A DNA stretch of 64,000 nucleotides from NCBI GenBank assembly GCA_964016885.1, contig OZ024747.1:16864001-16928000 (forward strand), written 5' to 3'. This DNA is from Eledone cirrhosa. Taxonomy: Eukaryota. This document shows, piece by piece, positions 13,637-28,282 of this stretch (position 1 is its first letter; each line of letters starts with the position of its first letter). Position numbers and translations under genes: made by a program. The notes below the pieces were generated by a model. It was not told where the DNA came from, searched no databases, and saw nothing but the letters and a program-made list of their open reading frames with translations.

Positions 13637-14276
13637 GACGCCTTCGCTTCTGCTGTATATATTGTTGAATTTTGGCTCTGACAACATTCCTATCGTTGGC
13701 ACAGTATCAAATACCTATTTATGCATTATCACATCTCAAGAATATTTGAGTTAATGAATTTAAACAGTTGTCTAGCACTACTGACCCTGGTTATTTTCCC
13801 CCAAAAGCTGCTGCTGTCTGCTAGAATTACTATCTATAATGATAGCTGTAAGACTAGTGTCTGCGTTTACTTATAAACATGATGATGGAAAATCCCATTA
13901 TGATGTAACATAAATACATTTTACTGGGCGACCTCAACAGTCGATTATTAGTAAAAGCTCAAAAGGCTAACATATATAGTGTACTGCAATAAAACATATT
14001 CATTTTCAATAACGAATGCATCTATTGTAATGATTTGGCTGATATTTGAGACTGTAATGTTTAATGCCTGTTGGAAATATCAATGAAAAGCACAGTGCAA
14101 TGAATAGTCACTATTATAAAGGCAAAATATTTTGCCCGTATTCCAAATTTAAAGCATATTCATATCATCAAGTTTAATAGACACACACAAGTTTTAAGAC
14201 CCACAGTGATATCCAAGCAAGTAGAAAATATATCTACTTGACATTTTTTCCCTGCATATATACGTATGTGTACAAG

Positions 14277-14555
14277 AGGTGTGGCGTAGTGGTTAGGGTG
14301 TTCGGTACTGGATTGGACTGTACTGTAAAGCCGCGAATTCCTGTCCTTCATCAACGCAATTTATTTCACGTTCTTCCAGTCCACTCTCCAAGCAACAACT
14401 TCTATTTGCAATTCAAAGCATCAGTCGTGTCATACAACGTTTCATGCTGAGTCTCCCTGCGAACTTCCTTACGTGCACACGTATCCTGGGTAAGTTCAAG
14501 TACATGCTCGTTAATTTCACGAGTAGGCTGTTCCATTGATCACGCAACTAGCCCA
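14277..14555 (+). mobile_element. Second tRNA-headed SINE family, degenerate
   Basis: Head GTGGCGTAGTGGTTAGGGTG. Body is loosely reverse-complementary to 15185-15478. Confidence 0.55.
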
Positions 14556-15184
14556 CCCACCCACACGCAAACACTGTCAAACACCCACCTGAGCACAATT
14601 TGCATCAAAGTTGTCACCTACCTTAAGGCTCTTATATGGTATATTAAAAACTCGTATATCAAATGTTGGTAGATTTTAGCCATCTTTTTATATAGAAATG
14701 ACTTCTACAGATCTTAAATATTTCATACTTATGAAATAGTTCTGTACAAGTTATTTCTATATACAATATAGAAGTAGCTTTCTGATATGTATATATGTGA
14801 GAAAAACCACAAACCCTCCATCTCAATTCTACTCTTAAAAGCAGAAGAACTGCGAAACGAGTAAAGGAACCAAATAAATATATATTTTTATAAAAAAAAG
14901 ACCATAGTTACATTTTCGATTTCATCTTTTTTCCTTTTACTTTCACTCGTGTAGGAGACCTCGTTTTTTCTTCATTTTGTAAAAGAACCTCACTTTCTAA
15001 TCTATATATATATGTATATATATATATAAACCTATATATAACGAAGGAGGTGTGGTAAGGAACCAGATGAACCATAACGCACCAGAGTACACAATACTTA
15101 AGTAGTAGAGTGGGTGATAGGGGAAATAGCTGTCGAAATAGCTGTCGAAATGTGCGTGTGTGTGTTTGGTGTGTGTGTGTGTAT

Positions 15185-15478
15185 GGCCCTCCGTCAGTAA
15201 CGACGAGAAGCTTTCCAGTTGAAACGATCAACGGAAAATGCTATCTGCTTGTGAAATAAACTTGCAAAGGCTGTGCAAACCGAAACATGTGTACTCTTAA
15301 CATAGTTCTCAGGTAGATTCATTGTGGCATAGAATGAAACGCTACATGCCCGTTGAATTACTGGTACAACTCATTTTTGTCTTCTGTGTGGACTGTCTTC
15401 CACAATGCCACAACGCTTCCGGTAATCGAACTCTCAAATCTTCGATATGGAAATGATATCCCCACTACTTAGCCACAC
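15185..15478 (-). mobile_element. Second tRNA-headed SINE family, minus copy
   Basis: Minus-strand head GTGGCTAAGTAGTGG..GAGTTCGATTACC. Related to 14277-14555. Confidence 0.55.
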
Positions 15479-15577
15479 ACACACGTGTGTGTGTATGTGT
15501 ACGTGTTACTTAGTGGTTCGCCATGTATATATACATACATTATATATATAAATATATATATATATACATATATATAT

Positions 15578-15648
<71 letters not shown>

Positions 15649-15698
15649 TATATACATGTTTATATATATATATGTTTATATATATATATATATATATA

Positions 15699-15751
<53 letters not shown>

Positions 15752-18700
15752 GTGTGTGTGTGTGTGTGTGGGTGTGTGTGTGTGTGTGTATATATCTTAC
15801 GGTTGTAGAGTTGATTATAACTCAAACAATTCCACCTCTATTCCTTTACAAATATCAATATCGCATCCTCTCCGATCAGAGATTTTATTGCGTTACTTCT
15901 TTCTTCATACCTCAACCAATTTATTTCTGAGCGAGACATTTATTAGAAAACTTCTACTTATGATTATCTCGCCTAGTGGTAATATCTTTCTCCCGGCATA
16001 GAACACGAATCGATTAAATTAAGCTTAATAATATATGAAAAAGACCTGCATTTGTGTATTTATATGTATGAGCATGAAGTCAATCTGATATATGCGTTAT
16101 TATTTAAATCTATTGACCGGTCTGAATATATGATAACCTGCCTACGATTGACCAGGCAATCACCACCCCTGCCAATTTCATTTGACCAATATCTTGCTAC
16201 AAACTCTACCACCATATACACATTATTTACTTCCATCTCTATTGTACATAACCCGAACTATTTATTCTGAGTTGTTCCCACATATTGTATCCCAACAAAA
16301 GCCATACCAAGTCACTCGTTTCATTTCTTGTTTCTTCATTAATAATTTGACCACAATTCAATACATTCACTATCTCTGAAGAAGTATTAGTCTCTCACTT
16401 ATTTGCAATCCATCACTTCTTTCCTTGTGATAAATTTAATTATGATATCTTATTATTTGGGTTTCTCTGCTTTAGTATATATTGAGGCAATTAATTAGCA
16501 GATTTGGTAGAGTGTCGGGTACATTGTCTTGCGGCATTCACCCCGGTTTTGTGCACAATGACAATTTTAGATTTCATTCTATCTGGATCAATATTTAATC
16601 TATATAGCCAAGCTGGTTAAATTCTTCTCTCTAGGCTCCTGTCACACATACATTCTTTCCATATTTCCAGATAGAGATAGTGAGAGACTGTGTGCCACTC
16701 AAATTTTGACTGTCCTCATATGGTGTGCTGCGACAGGTTTAAATAGCACGACGGTGCCCTTATGATATCCTTGGGAGATCAAGGATCAATGAATGACAAA
16801 TGAATATATGTTGAGTAAATATGTCATTATTAGAATGCATTCGAAATGATGTTAATACTCATGAATCATATCTTCTTCAGACAAATGAGTTGGACATTTT
16901 TCATGAGTCAGGCACCACTCTATAGCTGGTAGATTTTTTTTACAAACCTTTTTATTTTAGGAGCAACTAATGTAATTAATAAGACGTCTTCAACGAAGTA
17001 ATAGCACTTGCTACTAATATCAAAGGAATCTCACTCAACCCATACGCTATCGCTTTGTTAAAAACAAGAAAAAACTTATCTGGATGGTCACGTTTAGATT
17101 AACTGTTTTATATTTGATTCCTCGGTCGGTAACAATCTTATCTAAAGAAGAAAAATGTAACATTAACTGTTTACATGTTATTACCCATGTTAGGAACATT
17201 TAATTTATAATTATATCAGGACTGACTAATAAATATAAACGTATTTGTAGATGAGTTTCTACAATGAATGAGAGAGAATGATTGATAGATTCTGACTCCA
17301 TAATTTGTTTACGAAAATATTTTCAATCACCCCTTTGGTTGACATAAAAACTGCCTAAGGCTAGTCAATGATAATATCAAAGATTAAAGCAAGACAGGAG
17401 TGTTTTTCCAAGTATATTTACATACGAATTCTTTAGAACATTTTCCCCTGCCATTGACTGGTTTCAAAGCAAATATTTGATTTCGTAAAGGACTTTAACC
17501 ATCGATAATCTTTGAAATCTATTTGATCTATATAATCGTTTATTTGAAATAATAAGTAAACATATATACACGATATTCATCTAAGTATACGAACATATTA
17601 AATATAGACTGACGCATTGGTAGTATTATATTTTTTATATCTTCAGAATTATTACGAAATAGATTTCTGCTCATCAAAAATAGATTAAATTCAACATGGT
17701 TTAATATATAGGGATTCAATGTCTGTTATTTATGTGTACTATGTAAGAATGTGGCAGCAGGGTGATACTGGATATAGAATGTACGGGTACAATTGCTCAT
17801 AAATTAAATCTCGTGCTCAAATACTAGTGTATATATGCCCGCCCACTCAATGTCAGCCTAGTAATTTATATTTACATAACGCAAATAAGTATAAAATATT
17901 TTGGGAAGCAGTGAATCATTGAGCTTTCTTAAATTACATCCCGAAATATAAAGGCGGTACTTAGATTATGTCTTTGTGAGGTGATTCATCGCTAAGTTAT
18001 ATTTTACAAGATATTCTAAAAAAAATAGAGATAGTCTTTATGTATGAACAATTCTTCGTACTTTTTATCATTTTTATATTCTCAGTCATAGTGAAAAAGT
18101 ATTGGTATCATAATACGATTTTCAATTTCATGGCCTTTTTATTTGTAGTAAGGATGAAGCGTGGGAAGTTTATAGAGTTAGATACATAGACAGACAGACA
18201 GGGTAGACAGGTATAAATATATATATATATATACAGAGACAGTCAACAGACAAACACAGAAGGAAAGAAAGAGAGAGAAGCAGACAGACACACAGAGAGA
18301 GGGAGAGAGAGAGAGAGTGAGAGAGGTGGGGCGGAGAGAGAAGGAACAGCACCAGTATTTGATATGGTATTAAAGGATTAAATGGAAAGCCGACCTTGGT
18401 AAATTTGAAATCAGAGTACAGCCAGCCGGAACAAACAATGCAAGACGCTTTTGCGTATTTGATTATTTGCTGCAAGTGTGTGTTATTTCTAAAGGCTAAA
18501 AAAATGTGCTTTTCTGAACCCAAATTGGCTCGGATTCTACAGGCCTAAGTCCAAAAATTATTGTTGATTTTGCATAGCCGAAAATGAACGGTAATCAAGT
18601 AAAGCTATCTCGTCAATTTCTACGTCCATAGGCTACTGTGTGCCATGTGCCCATCAATTTCCTCACCATAGCCTCTGATGTAGGATCGATTTGGTTAGAA

Positions 18701-19215
18701 GTTCTGACTTGTTGTAAGCACTTTCTGGACGGATGACCTCCTCACAGTCTGTTATGTCTCAATGTTATTGTCAGTTCGTTTTGTTTTCAATAAAGAATAA
18801 AATTCTAAATATTTTATAATATATGAACAGTATTTGAATGTATGTCATTTTCTATTCGATGGTTTGTTACACAACGCTTTAATATATTACAAAACCAAAC
18901 CATTTAAATGTTTATACAAAATACCCTGAGTGAAATAAATATAAATAGATATTTTTGTTATAGAAATAAACACACATTTTCCTACTTTATGATCTGTACA
19001 TAAGCCTAACATGTTGAAAGTTGACATATCCATGATTTGTTCGTACACAATGAACAGAAGAAGATAAGTTTATGATTAAATATTGACATTTTATTTTTTC
19101 ATCTATTTAACTGAGATATAGAAAGAAGATAACGCTTAACAGTCAACCATCAGAACACAATGAGATATAATACCAAAGTAAGCTCCGGAAAATGATATTT
19201 CCAATAAACATCGGT

Positions 19216-19399
19216 GATGGGGAGAGCATTAATACTTCAATGGAAAATTCACTGTTGGTGACTTGACCCATTTGTTTTTAATTAATTATAGGAACGTGTG
19301 TGCATATATTACCAAGATGCACCATTTAGCCATAATAAAATAAATACGGAAACTCTATATTGGTTTTGAGTACGCACTTCTCTCAGCCGTCACCCACAT

Positions 19400-19461
<62 letters not shown>

Positions 19462-19602
19462 CGAAGGAAATGTGGTAAGGAAACAGATGGACCATAACGC
19501 ACCAAAGTACTCAATACTTAGTGTAGTAGAGTGGGTAATAGGAACGTGTAGGACCCCGACAGCTGAGCTCAAGCCGTTTCGATGGCTAATTCTGGACTAA
19601 AA

Positions 19603-19661
<59 letters not shown>

Positions 19662-19845
19662 ATGTGGGTGACGGCTGAGAGAAGTGCGTACTCAAAACCA
19701 ATATAGAGTTTCCGTATTTATTTTATTATGGCTAAATGGTGCATCTTGGTAATATATGCACACACGTTCCTATAATTAATTAAAAACAAATGGGTCAAGT
19801 CACCAACAGTGAATTTTCCATTGAAGTATTAATGCTCTCCCCATC
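19216..19845. repeat. Perfect 189-bp inverted duplication (19216-19404 / 19657-19845) around (TA)n-J-(TA)n
   Basis: Arms identical by eye. Followed by a 75-bp copy (19846-19920) of 20319-20393. Confidence 0.92.
19460..19608 (-). mobile_element. Family J PLE-like 3' fragment with tail
   Basis: Homologous to 15040-15125 and 48161-48312. Confidence 0.7.
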
Positions 19846-19954
19846 GCTGGTCGTTTGTGTTACAGATACAGCTCATCCGAAGCATTTCCAAACAGTCTCC
19901 ATCTATGCAATATCACTAATATATATATATATATATATATATGTATACACACAT

Positions 19955-20020
<66 letters not shown>

Positions 20021-21568
20021 GAGAGAGATAGACGTGTGTGTGTTTATGTTTAATTATTTATGTCTATTTTCCTATTTTCAAAAGTCTTAATATATTATGC
20101 AACACTGTTGACTCACAAACGATTGTTTGTATACCTATGTATGTTATATTAACAATTTTTGTAACTGGGTGGATAACCATCGATATCGAAGACGAGTGCT
20201 TTAGTTGTGCACCCAACTGAACTACATGCTCATGAAATGTAAGTTATTGAGTTTTCTACACATACCTGTACCCTTAACGCAAAACTTAGTGAAATTCAGC
20301 GTTAGTATATGTAACAAGGCTGGTCGTTTGTGTTACAGATACAGCTCATCCGAAGCATTTCCAAACAGTCTCCATCTATCCAATATCACTAATAAGGCAA
20401 ACATCCTACTTGCTCAAGATATCATGGGGTATGATTGCAAAGCGGTCTTCCTTACCATTCGGCCATGCTGCGCCCCCCAACTTTCTGCAACACATAGTTG
20501 TACGAATGAATGGGTACCTTTTGGCAAATAAACAAAGAGTAAGTGTTATGATAATTATTGTTTTTACTAGAAATCATCATTCCTGTTAGTAGCGTCGTTT
20601 CACTTGTGTTTTTCCTTGGTATTATCAACGTCATCATCATCGCAATCATATCTCCATCCTATTTATCAATGCATACCCGTATATAGGTGTAACACGTATT
20701 CTAGCTAGATTTCACTACTAACTGCTGTACTGCTTACAGTATCACAAACAAGTGCCGCTCTGTCTCTTAAGAAAATAGATATGCTATTTTTACTACGGGA
20801 AATCCTTGCTGCTGTTGAGTTTCCTACCGAATTATTTTTATAACGAGTTGAGATGATAAAAAAGAGAAAAATAATAAAGAGAGGGAGAGATAAAGGTGAA
20901 GTAGAAAATATGACAGAAAGGTGTGGAGAGGATGACATTAGCAAGAGAGAAGGGAAGGAATGAGTGCCAGTTAGAGTGTAAATGAGAGAAAGACATTAAG
21001 ATTGAAAGTGTGCTAGAAAGATTATTTAGACTCAGCAACAGAGAAACAGAAAGAGAGTGAAAGAAGCAATAAAGAAAGGCTAAATTATCTGGTATAAAAA
21101 GAGCACGTGTCGACAACGTGGATAGTTATATTCTGTTTATATGTGTATACTTTTTACATAAATTGCTTTTGATACTCTAGTTTCCATATGTCTGAAATGA
21201 AGCGCTAATTCTGTGGCTACATATATCTATTACCTACTGAGAACTATGGTATATGCAAAATATATATTTATGTGTGTGTGTCGTATATATATATTTATTA
21301 TATTATACAATATTAAATATTTGTGAACGTGTGGGGTTGGGGGCTGTGTATGATATGTATTTATATGTGTGTGTGCAGGATCGCAGTTGCATGTATGTAT
21401 AAATATACTTATTCTTGCAGGCAGTTCATGTATAATTGGATTTCATATAATTAGGTTATCAAAAACTGTGTGCTCAGCGTATCAATATGTCTAGTACATG
21501 TATATATAAATATGTATATATGTGAGTGAGGGTGTATAAACCAACCCCCTCAAAACAATGTATCTGTT

Positions 21569-21780
<212 letters not shown>

Positions 21781-21793
21781 AATATATATATAT

Positions 21794-21856
<63 letters not shown>

Positions 21857-21861
<5 letters not shown>

Positions 21862-22424
21862 ATGCTTTGGGAGGGTCATGTTGCCAATAAGAAACACACG
21901 CACCAGATGCTTTCACTTCAATTTATTATAAATTAAATTTATAAATTTAGGAATTTATAAATTTCCGGTTGGTTGGTTGGTTGGGTCAACAACCAGACGA
22001 TTGTTCATATATTGTCAAAGTTCTTTCGTCACACATTATGTGACCTCTTCAGTGACTGGGGATTATTTTCTTTGTTTTTGTGCCTCTCCAAACTAAGCAC
22101 ACAACACACACAAAAACAAGATGGTGTAGGACAGACAAAGGAGAGGCACAAAAACAAAGAAAAGAATCCCCAGTCACTGAAGAGGTCACATAATGTGTGA
22201 CGAAAAAACTCTGACAATATATGAACAATCGTCTGGTTGTGGAACCAACCAATCAACCGGAAATTTATAAATTCCTAAATTTATAAATTTAATTTATAAT
22301 AAATTGAAGTGAAAGCAACTGGTGCGTGTGTTTCCTATTGGCAACATGACCCTCCCAAAGCATAACAATATCGGTTTCAACACACATTTTCAGATAAATA
22401 ATCTTGCTAAACAAATTCAGACAC

Positions 22425-22427
<3 letters not shown>
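21857..22427 (+). mobile_element. Family B palindromic HHR element (inverted arm, forward arm, ~57-nt tail)
   Basis: 21857-22089 is the inverse of 22140-22368. Tail TCGGTTTCAACAC..CAGACACGAA. (TA)n flanks. Confidence 0.9.
22173..22215 (+). ncRNA. Minimal type I hammerhead (family B; also 28007-28049, 44897-44939, 59043-59085 and antisense twins)
   Basis: GUCA / CUGAAGA / G-GUCACA..UGUGAC / GAAA / very short stem III / UGAC. Confidence 0.75.
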
Positions 22428-22515
<88 letters not shown>

Positions 22516-23468
22516 TTTATATGTGTTTGGAGTGTTCATTTGCAGATATTCTGCTCTAGAGAAATAGTTAATTTACTGATGGATTGACCCCATAAGTGTA
22601 GTTATATTTATTATATATTATATATATATATTGTTTCTCAAGTCTCGCGATGCCAACACTTAATCCATGTAAAATACAAGTGCTAGAAACGGACGGGTGA
22701 CGCCAAGCAGAGTGAACGCACGTATTTAACAATGAACTGATGAACGAGCAAATAGTCACCTTTTATGACCATTATAATTGTATAGACTCTAGTTCATATC
22801 TGTCTTGGTGACAACAATTCTGTTTGCGGTTGACCCACATAATTTAGGCCATTGTGAAGGAAAACGTTTCTATCAGTGAAAAGAATGTTGTTCTATGTCC
22901 CAGATAAGAAAAGAGCCTTCACGTGGTAATCTTTATTGTTGTAACGGTGGATGTATCACCTGACTAGACTAGATAGAAACACTTAACGCGTTGTATCCAG
23001 GCACGTACGATTACGCGGAATATGTAGCATAGACATGAACAGTTACAGTCATCTAGACGGCGACGTAGCCGTATGTTTCTTTGCTTCTGTTCTTTGAGAA
23101 CAAGAATCTAATAAATGTTTGCCTTGGAAACAATCTAATCACGTCACGTTTGTATCATGTTGCCAGGATCCGGCTCCAGCAGCCATGGATCTTACCTTCT
23201 AATCATGTTTGTTTGTTTGTGTGTATGTGTGTGTCAGTATATATATACGTGTAACTTTGTAAAAAGAAACATACTTAGAGTTCAATACATGTATATAACA
23301 AAATTGTATATGGAAAATGTATTCACCTGTATGCATGAGCTTTGCATAATCTGCACTTAAAGCTTAGTATTTATGAAGATATACAAGATTGGTTATCTTG
23401 GTCGATTCAAGGTAAAACACCTTACCGTAACAAATCAACGCGATGCTCAACTTCTGTATCTCTGTATC

Positions 23469-24002
23469 ACTATATCCATAAACAGAACTTTATATACAAT
23501 ATCTCAAGTATTCAGTAAACAGTATTTTATATTTAACATTTTCTTAAATATTCCTCTCAATCATTCGCTTTACATTCGTTGGAAATCTACGTAAAATAGA
23601 AAAGCAATTACCACCTGAAATACCATATATATTCAAAATAAGCTATATTAAAATTAGCATTTGCCTAAAAATAATTCTATGCCTTTAATTGTGCAAAATG
23701 TTCGTTTCTCGAAAGCTAATTTACATTATAAACATGGTGTATATCTACTTCTGATAACACACAAGGAGTACCTTTCATTTTCCATAGTCTGAACGACTGA
23801 GTGTTATAAATAGCACGTAAATAGCTGATTCCCTTACATACCTAACACCCAACATATCATCTTAAAGATATAAGGAAATAATAATTCCATAGACACATTA
23901 TATACATTTTTAAAGGATCGTCTGTGACACACATATACGAGTGTATACATACAATGAATGAATATATATAGCCAGCATGGAAAACACTAAGATATTTTAT
24001 TG

Positions 24003-24036
<34 letters not shown>

Positions 24037-24063
24037 TATTATTATATATATTATATTTTATAT

Positions 24064-24111
<48 letters not shown>

Positions 24112-24672
24112 AATAATAATAATAATAATTTTATATATATATATATCAATAAAATATCTTAGTTTTTTCCATTCATATTAATTCATTGTATGTATACACT
24201 CGTATATGTGTGTCACAGACCATCCTGTAAAATGTATATAATGTGTCTATGGAATTATTATTTCCTTATATCTTTAATATGATGTGATGGGTGTTAGGTA
24301 TGTAAGGGAATCAGCTATTTACGTGGCTATTTATAACACTCAGTCGTTCAGACTATGGGAAAATGAAAGGTACTCCTTGTGTGTTATCAGAAGTAGATAT
24401 ACACAAATGTTTATAATGTAAATTACCTTTCGAGAAACGAACATTCTGCACCATTAAAGGCATAGAATTTTTTTTAGGCAATGCTAATTTTAATATAGGT
24501 TATTTTGAATATATATGGTATTTCAGGTGGTAATTGCGTTTCCATGTTTCGTAGTTTTCCAACGAATGTAAAGCGAATGATTGAGAGGAATATTTAAGAA
24601 AATGTTAAATATAAAATACTGTTTACTGAATACTTGAGATATTGTATATAAAGTTCTGTTTCTGGATATAGT
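23469..24672. repeat. ~550-bp-arm imperfect palindrome centred on an AT-rich/(TA)n core
   Basis: 23469-~24050 is the inverse of ~24110-24672, with scattered substitutions and indels. Confidence 0.9.
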
Positions 24673-24685
24673 ATATATATATACA

Positions 24686-24936
24686 TAGAAACAAAAGCTG
24701 AATATTTCTACAAAGAACATACCAGTACGTTTTACGAAACATTTACATCTGCGTTCACAGATTGATTTTTTTTAGTTTCAGAAGATCCCGTTTGGGTGAA
24801 AGCAGCGATTCTTTGCTTAAACTTTAATATGTTATTTTAATAAATATTTGCTCTACGGTTCTTATATATTTTATATATATTTATCCTTATCGAGCCCTCT
24901 TTGGTTTTTAGTCTCCAATTTTATTATTATTACTAT
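24686..24936 (+). mobile_element. Family F element with HHR and ~95-nt tail
   Basis: Pieces recur at 29342-29424, 35355-35465, 58292-58483 and 63873-63910. Confidence 0.75.
24774..24823 (+). ncRNA. Type I hammerhead-like fold with CAGAAGA core (family F)
   Basis: AGUUU / CAGAAGA / CCC-GUUU-GGG / GAAA / GCA..UGC / UU / AAACU. Same core in the minus copy at ~29358-29411. Confidence 0.65.
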
Positions 24937-26056
<1,120 letters not shown>

Positions 26057-26060
<4 letters not shown>

Positions 26061-27049
26061 AAGTATAAGAATCAAAGAACTGTTCAAAACATTACAGTGC
26101 TTACAGCTGTTTCCTCCAAACCGAGGTTTGGATTCTTCGGAGCAATTTATTAATGATTGGACAGTTATATGACCTCCTTTTCAGCCAAGAGACATACCGA
26201 TACATATGCAAATATTGTGGGTCAACATGCATTACAGCATTTAGAGTGGCAGTACACACTTCGAGATTACATTCATAATAAAAGGTACAATCAATAATCA
26301 AAAATACAGGTTAAAGTACAACATGAAGATAAGCGGTTATATAGTGCAAATGTTATATGTGTGGCAAGCACGTGCGTCTTGTTTATATAGTGTGGCAGAG
26401 AGATATATGTGTGGTAGGAGCACTTAGGTGGGTAAAGAAGAGTGTTAGGTTGGTTGATCTGGTGGGAAATTTTTTATATGATTGTTATAGTCTGTGTGTG
26501 GAGAAAAGATATAAGCATTAAAACTATTTTTAATGCTTAAACATATTTTTGATGCTTATATCTTTTCTCCACACACAGACTATAACATTTGCACTATATA
26601 ACCGCTTATCTTCATGTTGTACTTTAACCTGTATTTTTGATTTTTGATTGTACCTTTTATTATGAATGTAATCTCGAAGTGTGTACTGCCACTCTAAATG
26701 CTGTGATGAATGTTGACCCACAATATTTGGATATGTATCAGTATGTCTCTTGGCTGAAAAGAAGGTCATATAACTGTCCAATCATTAATAAATTGCTCCG
26801 AAGAATCCAAACCTCGGTTTGGAGGAAACGGCTGTAAGCACTGTAATGTTTTGAACAGTTCTTTGATTCTTATACTTCATATAACTGCTCTGTAAATCAT
26901 CTGATGTTCTTACATTGAGCTACTTAACTTACTGGTAATAAGCTAGTAATACATTACTGCCTACCACTATTTAGGGTTTGTATAAAAAATACATATAACT
27001 GCTAAATGTTTTTGTGTTTTCATAACCATAAATAGTACAATTAATACTA
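26057..27049 (+). mobile_element. Family K palindromic PLE pLTR element (inverted 26057-26530, forward 26530-26881, tail 26882-27049)
   Basis: Arms are inverse. Tail is homologous to 56055-56212 of the Neptune element. (TA)n flanks. Confidence 0.88.
26794..26840 (+). ncRNA. Type I hammerhead with CCGAAGA core (family K; twin at 26098-26144, minus strand)
   Basis: UGCU / CCGAAGA / UCCAAACC-UC-GGUUUGGA / GAAA / CRGCUG / UA / AGCA. Confidence 0.72.
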
Positions 27050-27150
27050 TATATATGTATATATATATACATATATGTATGTATATTTACATATATATAT
27101 ACATATATATATATACATATATGTATGTATATATACATATAAATATATAC

Positions 27151-27225
<75 letters not shown>

Positions 27226-27559
27226 CATATATATTTATATATATGGCGGCTGCCAACTCGTTTTCGAGTACGGCCACTACTTTATATCCATGTAGGAGAA
27301 CCCCCACCAATGCGCTGAACGAGTGTGACTTTTTAGTCCAGCCAGCGACTTGAAAACTCTGGTACAAACACTACACTTGTGACAATTATTGACACATAGT
27401 GCTGGGCCCATGGTACCATGTGACGACATATGCAGAGAGATCTCCAGATATAAAGCAATGCCTGTGCCGTGAAGCTTTTATAGTGAGCAAAGGCACTGCA
27501 CAAAGCCAGTCCCACTCTCTTAACCAAGATGATATTTACCAAATATATATATATATATA

Positions 27560-28269
27560 TCGTTATACTTTGGGAGGGTCATGTTGCCAATAAGAAACAC
27601 ACGCACCACATGCTTTCAATTCAATTTATTTACCAAATATATATATATTGTTATACTTTGGGAGGGTCATGTTGCCAATAAGAAACACACGCACCAGTAT
27701 GCTTTCACTTCAATTTATTATAATAAATTTACAAATTTAGGAATTTATAATTTTTACGGTTGGTTGGTTGCTTCCACAACCAGATGGTTGTTTATATATT
27801 GTCAAAGTTCTTTCGTCACACATTCTGGGACTTCTTCAGTGACTGTGGATTCTTTTCTTTGTTTTTGTGCCTCTCCTTTGTTCTGCCCTACGCCATCTTG
27901 TTTCTGTGTGTCACACAGAAACATGTATATATGGTGTGACACACAGAAACAAGATGGCGTAGGACAGAACAAAGGAGAGGCACAAAAACAAAGAAAAGAA
28001 TCCCCAGTCACTGAAGAGGTCACATAATGTGTCACGAAAGAACTTTGACAATATATAAACAACCATCTGGTTGTGGAACCAACCAACCAACCGGAAATTT
28101 ATGAATTCCTAAATTTATACATTTATAAATTTATTATAATAAATTGAAGTTAAACGTATGTGGTGCGTGTGTTTCTTATTGACAACATGACCCTCCCAAA
28201 GCATAACAATATCGGTTTCAACACACGTTTTCAGATAAAGAATCTTGCTAAACAAATTCAGAAACGAAA
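27560..28269 (+). mobile_element. Family B palindromic element with an extra short inverted start (27560-27630)
   Basis: Same inversion start and tail as 21857-22427. Confidence 0.88.
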
Positions 28270-28282
28270 TATATATCTATAT

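Noticed and set aside
21857-22427. MITE / DNA-transposon interpretation of the palindromes
   Set aside because: Ends are asymmetric (one-sided tail), arm lengths vary, solo arms exist, and HHR and GIY-YIG remnants point to PLEs.
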